A stretch of 64,000 nt of DNA from an uncultured Rhodothermales bacterium. Its GTDB lineage: Bacteria; Bacteroidota; Rhodothermia; Rhodothermales; VXPQ01. Position 1 is the stretch's first letter. Each line of letters begins with the position of its first letter. The notes beneath the pieces are model-generated. The model was not told the DNA's origin. It searched no databases and was given only the letters and a program-made list of their open reading frames with translations. Below, one piece after another: positions 57,234-64,000 of the stretch. Location of the stretch: contig CBFGRV010000010.1 of the NCBI GenBank assembly GCA_965651265.1, positions 14,923-78,922 of the forward strand, given 5' to 3'. The position numbers and the translations under genes are program-made.

Positions 57234-57510
57234 ATGCTGAGCTAAACTTTCCAAGATTGATGGCCACCGGTGCGCGGCCCGAAGCGCTTTCAAGATACCG
57301 AAAGCGCCACTGGTTCGTTCGAAGCTGATGCGAAATTCCGCGCCGAAAAGCGCGCGGATGGAGACGATCCGGCGACCGTTCACAGCCGCCCGTTCCGAGT
57401 TTGGCCGCGGATAGCACGGCGATGGGGTCGGGGGACGGACGGCTGCGGATCCGGGGATCCGATCCACGTGGCGTCCGTACTTTCCTCGCTCGTAAACGCA
57501 ATGCGTCGAT

Positions 57511-58485
57511 ATGTCTGATAGACCAGCACCCCGGAAGACTCCGGACAAGGTTCAGCTCAAGCGCGTCAAGAAGGAGCCACTGGCTGCCGGCGGCGACGGG
57601 ATGTTCGAGCTCCCCGTAGTGCACGAACCCGTGGTGGCCAACGTGCGCGGGAAGCGGCCGGACTGGCTCCGCGTGAAGTTGCCCTACGGCGAGAACTATA
57701 AGAAGATCGTCGACATCGTCGATCGGAATCGCCTTCACACCGTCTGCCAGAGTGCGCGCTGTCCGAACATGGGCGAGTGCTGGACGGCCGGCACGGCGAC
57801 GTTCATGATCCTCGGTAACGTGTGCACGCGCTCATGCGGGTTTTGCGCGGTCAAGACCGGGCGCCCTGGACCGGGGCTCGATTGGGACGAGCCCAACCGC
57901 GTGGCCGATGCCGTCCTCCACATGGGCCTTCGGCATGCCGTCATCACCAGCGTGAACCGAGACGAGCGTGAGGATGGCGGCGCGCCCATCTTTGCCGAAA
58001 CCATCCGAAGGATCCGCGAAGTTCAGCCGGGTTGCACCGTCGAGGTGCTTATCCCTGATTTCCGCGGCATCTGGGACGCACTCCAGATCGTGCTCGATGC
58101 GCGGCCGGACATCCTCAATCACAACGTCGAAACCGTACCGCGACTCTACCGGCGCGTGCGCCCGCAGGCCGACTACCAGCGCTCGCTCGAGGTGCTTCGC
58201 CGCTCCAAGGAGCAGGGACTGCGTACGAAGAGCGGCATCATGGTAGGCCTGGGCGAGACCGAGGATGAAGTAATCGAGTTGATGGATGATTTCGTCGCCA
58301 ACGGCGTCGATGTCATGACGATCGGCCAGTACCTGCAGCCCACGCGGATGCACCTGCCTGTCGAGGAGTTCATTCACCCGGACGTCTTTCGCCGGTACAA
58401 GGTGGTCGGCGAGGCCAAAGGCATCGAGCACGTCGAGAGCGGCCCCCTCGTACGCTCCTCCTACCACGCCGAACGCCACGTCTGA
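57511..58485 (+). CDS. lipA: Lipoyl synthase
   Basis: CxxxxCxxxxxC ([12 protein letters not shown]) and radical-SAM CTRSCGFC clusters, and a C-terminal RSSYHA. Confidence 0.95.
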   Translation: MSDRPAPRKTPDKVQLKRVKKEPLAAGGDGMFELPVVHEPVVANVRGKRPDWLRVKLPYGENYKKIVDIVDRNRLHTVCQSARCPNMGECWTAGTATFMILGNVCTRSCGFCAVKTGRPGPGLDWDEPNRVADAVLHMGLRHAVITSVNRDEREDGGAPIFAETIRRIREVQPGCTVEVLIPDFRGIWDALQIVLDARPDILNHNVETVPRLYRRVRPQADYQRSLEVLRRSKEQGLRTKSGIMVGLGETEDEVIELMDDFVANGVDVMTIGQYLQPTRMHLPVEEFIHPDVFRRYKVVGEAKGIEHVESGPLVRSSYHAERHV

Positions 58486-58624
58486 CCCCTCGCCGCCCCC
58501 ATATCCGAAGAGTTTACGGCAATTCGCCACCATCGCTGGTTGAGATGGGTCAGCGGCCGGTCACCTCCCCCTTAAAACAGCAATCAGTAACCCGCAATCA
58601 TCGACCAGCAACCAGCAACAGTTC

Positions 58625-59053
58625 ATGCAACGAACCCTCGCCATTCTAAAACCTGACTGTGTTCGCAAGAACCTGACTGGCGAAGTCATTCGCCGCATCC
58701 AGGAAGCCGGCTTTCGGATCGTCGCCCTTCGCATGGTGAAGCTCTCGAAGGCGCAGGCCGAAGGCTTCTACGAGGTGCATCGCGGCCGCCCGTTCTTTGA
58801 GGAGCTGACCGAATTCATGTCGAGCGGTCCGTGCGTTCCGATGGTCCTCGAGAAGGAGAACGCCGTCGAGGACTTCCGGAAGCTCATCGGCGCAACCGAT
58901 CCCGCGGAGGCCGACGAAGGCACCATCCGAAAGCTATTCGCCGACAGCAAGGGGCAGAACATCGTGCACGGATCGGATTCCGTGGAAAATGGAAAGATCG
59001 AATCGAACTACTTCTTTGCCGAGCATGAAATCGTCGGACTCCGGTCGGCGTAA
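58625..59053 (+). CDS. ndk: Nucleoside-diphosphate kinase
   Basis: [18 protein letters not shown], and NIVHGSDS containing the active-site His. Confidence 0.95.
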   Translation: MQRTLAILKPDCVRKNLTGEVIRRIQEAGFRIVALRMVKLSKAQAEGFYEVHRGRPFFEELTEFMSSGPCVPMVLEKENAVEDFRKLIGATDPAEADEGTIRKLFADSKGQNIVHGSDSVENGKIESNYFFAEHEIVGLRSA

Positions 59054-59126
59054 GCCCCACGCGACCTTCGGATCACTCTTCAACCACCTTCGACCCTCCG
59101 GCCGTGCAACCGCGCGCCGCGTAGGT

Positions 59127-60383
59127 ATGATCGCGCTCTCCGCTGCGGTCCTTTTCGTCACGGGATGCGGCGATGTGCCGCCTGCGGGCGCCGATACGGC
59201 CGCGCAGGATGTGCGCACCGGAGCTGAGATCCTCGCCGATCGCGGATTCGACCTCCTCCAGGGGCATCGGGTCGGATTGATCGTCAACCATACGGCCATG
59301 GTGGATACGGTCCATCTCATGGATCTCATCCACCAAAGCCCCGAGATCGAGCTCACGGCTCTTTTCGGCCCCGAACACGGCATCCGGGGCACAGCCGATG
59401 CCGGCGAGCAGGTGGCGGATGGTCGTGATACGCGTACCGGCGCCCCCATCTACAGCCTCTACGGCGAGACCCGCAAGCCGAGTCCCGAGATGCTGGAGGA
59501 TGTCGACATCCTCGTGTTCGACATACAGGACATCGGGGCGCGCTTCTACACCTACATTTCTACCATGGGCCTCTCGATGCAGGCCGCCGCAGAGCACGGA
59601 ATTCCCTTTGTGGTGTTGGATCGACCCAATCCCATCGGAGGCGAATACGTGTCGGGCTTCATGCTCGACCCCGCTCACACGTCATTCGTCGGGCAGTACG
59701 AGATTCCGATGGCTCACGGACTAACCGTCGGCGAGCTTGCCACGATGATCAAGGAGGAGCCGCTCATGGAGGGGCTCGAAGAACTCGAGCTGCACGTCGT
59801 CGAGGTTGAAGGCTGGGAGCGCGACGACCTCTGGCCCGAAACCGGCCTTCCGTGGAATCCGCCGAGCCCGAACATCCCGGATTTCGAGACGGCCCTCGTG
59901 TATCCCGGCGCCGTGTTATTCGAGGCGGCCTCCGCGAGTGAGGGCCGAGGCACGCGCAGCCCGTTTATGCAATTGGGTGCGCCATGGGCGGATGGTCAGG
60001 CCCTCGCCGATACGCTGAACGGCCGCGGCCTTCCCGGCGTGCGCTTCGAGCCGGTGGAATTCACGCCGGAGAGCATCGAGGGCATGGCAATGAATCCGAA
60101 GCTGCTGGGCAGAAAGCTTCAGGGCGTCCGATATGTGCTGACGGATGTGGATGCATTCCGGCCTGTCGAGGCGGGAATCCACGTCCTGCACGCCTTCTGG
60201 CAGCAGGCTGAAGCGGCGGGCCAATCGCTGATTGCTCGGCCGGCCTCGCTCGCACGGCTCTCCGGTACGGACGGGCTGCTCCAGATGCTCGAAAATGGAG
60301 CGGGGCCTGAGGCCATCATCGCGTCCTGGAACGAGGAAGTCGAAGACTTTCGCCGGCGCCGGGAGCCTTATCTACTCTACTGA
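59127..60383 (+). CDS. DUF1343-family protein (NamZ-like exo-beta-N-acetylmuramidase), lipoprotein
   Basis: Lipobox FVTGCG. LFGPEHG.RG, DILVFDIQD.GARFYTY and VVLDRPNP motifs. Trimmed from the track's 58989, which overlaps ndk. Confidence 0.82.
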   Translation: MIALSAAVLFVTGCGDVPPAGADTAAQDVRTGAEILADRGFDLLQGHRVGLIVNHTAMVDTVHLMDLIHQSPEIELTALFGPEHGIRGTADAGEQVADGRDTRTGAPIYSLYGETRKPSPEMLEDVDILVFDIQDIGARFYTYISTMGLSMQAAAEHGIPFVVLDRPNPIGGEYVSGFMLDPAHTSFVGQYEIPMAHGLTVGELATMIKEEPLMEGLEELELHVVEVEGWERDDLWPETGLPWNPPSPNIPDFETALVYPGAVLFEAASASEGRGTRSPFMQLGAPWADGQALADTLNGRGLPGVRFEPVEFTPESIEGMAMNPKLLGRKLQGVRYVLTDVDAFRPVEAGIHVLHAFWQQAEAAGQSLIARPASLARLSGTDGLLQMLENGAGPEAIIASWNEEVEDFRRRREPYLLY

Positions 60384-60409
60384 GGCCGAAAGACGAATCC
60401 GACCGGATT

Positions 60410-60682
60410 TTAGGAGGCCTCCGCGACGTCCGATTTCTTCTCTGGTGCCGCCAGGATCGCCCAGATAATCTCGAGATAGCCCCCCAGGATGATGACGGGC
60501 GCGACGTACAGTGAGATGAATCCATCTACCTCGTTCTCCAGGCGCATGATGATGAACCCGACGAGGATCGCAAGGACGCCGGCGATCATAAGTATGTAAT
60601 TTCGTCGGCCGAAGACCATGCGCGCTCGCCGGCGCGGATCACGTGTACGTGGTCTGCGTCTACGACCCTTGCTTCTCGCCAT
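60410..60682 (-). CDS. DUF3098-family small membrane protein
   Basis: Arg-rich N-terminus then two TM helices (FGRRNYILMIAGVLAILVGFIIM ... VAPVIILGGYLEIIWAIL). Trimmed to the ATG at 60682. Confidence 0.7.
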   Translation of the reverse strand: MARSKGRRRRPRTRDPRRRARMVFGRRNYILMIAGVLAILVGFIIMRLENEVDGFISLYVAPVIILGGYLEIIWAILAAPEKKSDVAEAS

Positions 60683-60783
60683 GAGGAGGAGGTGATGGTT
60701 GAATTGGTTGGATGAAGCGGCTATCCGCCTGCGACATTGGTATGACCGAACCCCAGGCTTTCGTAGTGAGTTCCGGCGCGAGA

Positions 60784-62226
60784 ATGCCCGTGCGTCAATG
60801 GTTCGCGCTCTCGCTGCTCCTCGTCGTCCCCTGGATACCGGCCCATGCGCAGTATGGCCCGCTGGCCGCCCGCATCGAACAGCATATCCGGTCTGAAGCC
60901 GCACAGCCTGCTTTCTGGGGTGCCTACGTCGAGGATGTGGAGAGCGGCGAGGTCGTCTACGCGCTCAACGCACAGTACCGATTCGTCCCCGCTTCCAATC
61001 AAAAGCTACTGACCACTGCCACCGCGCTCGACGCTCTGGGGTCAGACTATCGATACGAGACCGTCTTGTTTTTCGATGGGGCCGTGCGCGGTGACGTCTT
61101 GAAGGGGGATCTCATCATCAGGGGCTCGGGCGACCCGACGTTCGGAAGTGCGCTGGCTTCGGGAGAAGACCCTCTTCGGACGTGGGCACGCCGTCTGGCC
61201 GAGCTCGGCGTTACCCGCATCGAGGGGCGCATCGTGGGAGATGACGATACGTTCGACGATCGCGCCTATTCGCAGGGCTGGGACATCGATTATGTCACGG
61301 AGCAGGCAAGTCGTGCACTCGGGGTCAGTGCCAGTGGTCTCTCCTACAATGACAATGTCGTGGAGGTGAAGATAACGGCGAATGGCGCGAACCGCGCTCC
61401 CACGATCGTCACGTATCCGGACGGGTTCGTGAACATCCAGAACGACCTGCTCACGGCGAGGCGCCGGAGGGGCATCTCCGTGCGCACGAGCCGAGACTTC
61501 GGCAGCGAAACCGTCCGCCTGCAAGGATCCATTCCGCAGACCTACAACGGGACGATCGTAACGCCGGTGACGAATCCGACGCTTTTTGCCGCCGCAACGT
61601 TCGCTTCGTACCTCAAGGGCTATGGCATCGAGGTGGAGGCGGAGATCGTCGACATCGACGATCTAAGCCGTTTCGAGTACAGTAGGGAGCGACCTCTTTT
61701 CGTGCACGTGTCTCCTCCGCTGTCCGAGATCATTGCCATCATCAACAAGCGAAGTAACAACTTCTACGCCGAGCAGGTCTTCCGGACGTTCAGCTTCGGC
61801 GGCTCGGCCGATGGCGGTGAACGACGTGTCAAGGCGCTCCTGAGCCGGGCCGGCGTGGCCATCACAGGCGTGGATGTGCGCGATGGATCGGGACTCTCCA
61901 GGAAGAATATGGTGACCCCCGAGGCTGTGGGCAAGCTCCTCGCCTTCATGTATCGGCATCCGGAGCGAGATCCCTTCATCGCTTCACTCCCAACGGGAGG
62001 GGAACCTCAATCGACGCTTCGATACCGGCTCGCCGGTGCCCCCGTCCGCGCCAAAACCGGGTCGCTCGAGTATGTACGAACGTTGAGCGGATATGCGCAG
62101 ACGCGCAGCGGGCGCGTGCTGGCCTTCGCAATCTTCGCCAATAACTATGGCGGTCCCGCCTATCAAATCAATCAGGGCATCGATAGGATCGTCATGGAAC
62201 TGGCCTCCGCGGATGCCACCTCGTAG
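60784..62226 (+). CDS. dacB: D-alanyl-D-alanine carboxypeptidase/endopeptidase (PBP4 family, S13)
   Basis: Signal peptide. SxxK as PASNQKLLTTATAL, SGLS (DGSGLSR), and KTG (AKTGSL). Start trimmed to ATG 60784. Confidence 0.85.
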   Translation: MPVRQWFALSLLLVVPWIPAHAQYGPLAARIEQHIRSEAAQPAFWGAYVEDVESGEVVYALNAQYRFVPASNQKLLTTATALDALGSDYRYETVLFFDGAVRGDVLKGDLIIRGSGDPTFGSALASGEDPLRTWARRLAELGVTRIEGRIVGDDDTFDDRAYSQGWDIDYVTEQASRALGVSASGLSYNDNVVEVKITANGANRAPTIVTYPDGFVNIQNDLLTARRRRGISVRTSRDFGSETVRLQGSIPQTYNGTIVTPVTNPTLFAAATFASYLKGYGIEVEAEIVDIDDLSRFEYSRERPLFVHVSPPLSEIIAIINKRSNNFYAEQVFRTFSFGGSADGGERRVKALLSRAGVAITGVDVRDGSGLSRKNMVTPEAVGKLLAFMYRHPERDPFIASLPTGGEPQSTLRYRLAGAPVRAKTGSLEYVRTLSGYAQTRSGRVLAFAIFANNYGGPAYQINQGIDRIVMELASADATS

Positions 62227-62281
62227 ATTCCGGTATCATGGACCGAATCACCCGTCACCCTATCGCTCTCGCATCGACTGA

Positions 62282-62752
62282 ATGCCGTCCCTGGTTCGAC
62301 AAGCCATAGCCGGCCTTCTCATTTTTGTCCTTCAATGGCTGGTGCTGGGACGGCTACGGCTCTGGGGAGCGTATCCGGATGCCGTCCTCCTTTTCGTGGC
62401 CTGGATGGGCCTGCGGAATGGTCGACAGGCCGGCTCCATTGCAGGTTTTGTTGGTGGGCTGCTGATGGATATGGTCTATGGTACGTGGGGCGTCCACATG
62501 TTCGTCAAGACATTAGTGGGCTTCCTCGTCGGGCTATTCCCCGCCAACGAACGCGAAACGCTGCTCATTCTTCCGCAGCAGGCCTTCATCGGTAGTCTCG
62601 TTATCGCCCTTCTGCATAACGGTCTATTCGTGCTGTTCCTGGCCCTCGAGGCCGGCACACGGAACACCTTCATGATCTCCGGCCTCTGGCTCGGCTCGGC
62701 TCTGTACACGGCGGCCGTCGGCACGACGGCTGCCCTGTTCAATACGCGCTAA
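62282..62752 (+). CDS. mreD: Rod-shape-determining protein MreD-like membrane protein
   Basis: ~156 aa with 5 predicted TM helices and a GF.GGLLMD motif typical of MreD. No adjacent mreB or mreC in this window. Confidence 0.6.
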   Translation: MPSLVRQAIAGLLIFVLQWLVLGRLRLWGAYPDAVLLFVAWMGLRNGRQAGSIAGFVGGLLMDMVYGTWGVHMFVKTLVGFLVGLFPANERETLLILPQQAFIGSLVIALLHNGLFVLFLALEAGTRNTFMISGLWLGSALYTAAVGTTAALFNTR

Positions 62753-62902
62753 CGACGCCTCGTTTGCTGCGGCCTCGCACGGGGTGCTTCGAATTGAAAC
62801 GATCCGGACACACGACCCGCGCATCAGGTTCGCGCCGAAACGGATCTCTTCGCACGCGGTTTGGCTGAGGTCCGTCATTCTGTCTATCCCAAGTGGTAGC
62901 CT

Positions 62903-63286
62903 ATGTCTACGATTTTGGTGATCGAGGACGATCACAACCTGAGAGAGGGACTGGAGCTGATCTTCGAAATCGATGGGCACAATTCGCTGGGATCTTCGAA
63001 CGGCATCGCAGGCATGGAGCTGATCCGACGGCATCGGCCAGATATCGTAGTTACCAACTACAAGATGCCGGGTGCGGACGGATTCGATGTGTTGAGCGCC
63101 GTGCGCGATCATCCGCAACTGTCTCACACGCCTGTCGTGTTCGTGACGGCGGATCATTCCCCATCGCTCCGCGACCGCGCGTTGGAGGCCGGTGTGGATG
63201 CCTTCCTTACGAAACCCTTCGAACTCGACGAACTGAAGCGCACGGTCTACGGACTGCTCGAGCAGAACGTACACCAGTATTCTTGA
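62903..63286 (+). CDS. Stand-alone response-regulator receiver domain (CheY-like)
   Basis: ILVIEDD, DIVVTNYKMPGADG, VVFVTA, and FLTKPF. Confidence 0.8.
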   Translation: MSTILVIEDDHNLREGLELIFEIDGHNSLGSSNGIAGMELIRRHRPDIVVTNYKMPGADGFDVLSAVRDHPQLSHTPVVFVTADHSPSLRDRALEAGVDAFLTKPFELDELKRTVYGLLEQNVHQYS

Positions 63287-63307
63287 GGACCCGAGCCTGC
63301 GTGTGAC

Positions 63308-64000
63308 TCAGACCTTCTCCTGAAGGTGCGCCTCGAACACCTCAAGCAGGCGAGGCCGATTCGCCTCCGAGATGTCCACGAGCGGCAGACGAAGCCGCCC
63401 ATTCATGATGCCCATCGAGGCGAGGACTGTTTTCACGGGGATGGGGTTCGTCTCCACGAAGCAGGCCCGCATCGCCGGCACCAGCTCGAAATGCAGCCGG
63501 CGCGCCTCATCGATCCGTCCCCCGAGGGCGGTCCGAACCATGCGGCTGACCGGCTCGGGAAGGACATTGCTCAGCACGGACACGACACCGTGTGCACCCA
63601 GCGCAATCATCGGCAGAGTCATCTCGTCGTCTCCGGAATAGACGGCGAGCTTCTCCGGACGGCCCATGAGAATATCGGAAATCTGTGCGAGATCGCCCGA
63701 CGCCTCCTTGATGCCCACCACGGAAGGCACCTCCTCGGCCAACTGCAAGACGGTGTCGGCTGCGATGTTGAAGCTCGTACGACCCGGCACGTTGTACAGG
63801 ATGATGGGCTTGTCGGCCGCCTCCGCAATGGCCTTGACGTGCGCGACGAAGCCCGCCTGCGTCGGCTTGTTGTAGTAGGGACCGACGATCAGCAATGCAT
63901 CCGCGCCCGACGCGGCGGCTTCTTTCGAGAACCCGATACTTTCGCTCGTCGAGTTGTTGCCCGTGCCGATGATGACGGGGACGCGCCCGTCGACGAATTC
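63308..64000 (-). CDS. dapA: 4-hydroxy-tetrahydrodipicolinate synthase; the 5' end lies beyond the window
   Basis: The frame stays open from 63895 to 64000 (EFVDGRVPVIIGTGNNSTSESIGFSKEAAASGADALLIVGPYYNKPTQ). IILYNVPGRT and GIKEASGD motifs. Confidence 0.9.
   Translation of the reverse strand, partial: EFVDGRVPVIIGTGNNSTSESIGFSKEAAASGADALLIVGPYYNKPTQAGFVAHVKAIAEAADKPIILYNVPGRTSFNIAADTVLQLAEEVPSVVGIKEASGDLAQISDILMGRPEKLAVYSGDDEMTLPMIALGAHGVVSVLSNVLPEPVSRMVRTALGGRIDEARRLHFELVPAMRACFVETNPIPVKTVLASMGIMNGRLRLPLVDISEANRPRLLEVFEAHLQEKV

Noticed and set aside
57234-57548. The N-terminal 105-aa extension of lat. Similar extensions occur at 58989-59126 (DUF1343), 60683-60904 (DUF3098), 8924-9079 (NhaC), 14189-14293 (pdxA), 17267-17326 (pepA) and 36579-36614.
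   Set aside because: The extensions overlap neighbouring genes or intergenic DNA and are Arg/Pro-rich and unconserved-looking. Internal ATGs give canonical N-termini or signal peptides.
1-64000. A search by eye for tRNA, rRNA or tmRNA genes, transposases or integrases, phage genes, toxin-antitoxin pairs or known defence systems.
   Set aside because: All gaps larger than 130 bp were read and none shows cloverleaf-like or rRNA-like sequence. No ORF has transposase, integrase, nuclease-helicase or other defence-type motifs. The window is core-genome-like apart from the repeat-flanked cassette.

Overview
This is a visibly GC-rich, densely coding chromosomal window. Its gene content looks Bacteroidota/Rhodothermota-like: T9SS C-terminal domains, CarboxypepD_reg-type TonB-dependent receptors with DUF4249 lipoproteins, and GWxTD and DUF3098 proteins. 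That lineage assignment is inference from motifs I recognise, since no database search was possible. About 50 protein genes are supported, almost all housekeeping. They include ribH, upp, ftsE, pdxA, pepA, ddl, pyrC, alr, a DPP-IV peptidase, a fused 2-oxoacid dehydrogenase E1 alpha/beta, fahA, hsp20, otsBA plus a GH15 enzyme, gyrA, lat, lipA, ndk, dacB, mreD and dapA. I saw no rRNA or tRNA genes, no cas genes, no transposase or integrase, and no recognisable defence or toxin system. What the genes do not explain lies in the intergenic DNA. The main case is a 587-bp low-GC gap (30377-30963) holding three repeat families, including a roughly 62-bp-periodic array of a ~36-bp element. A further copy of that element sits on the other side of a 3-gene outer-membrane cassette (two paralogous lipoproteins plus a TonB-dependent receptor), so the cassette is bracketed by direct repeats. 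Several other tandem repeats start at or include stop codons (33349-33413, 30359-30494, 45286-45369). A palindrome-bearing 37-bp x4 array precedes a NUDIX gene, and a CAGCAAC heptamer leader occurs at two unlinked genes. Other points are a second TonB-receptor/DUF4249 module, an unrecognised conserved protein coupled to fahA, an orphan T9SS C-terminal-domain remnant, and a sigma54-like element upstream of hsp20. Many long ORFs in the supplied track are antisense shadow ORFs or over-extended N-termini, and I trimmed or rejected them.
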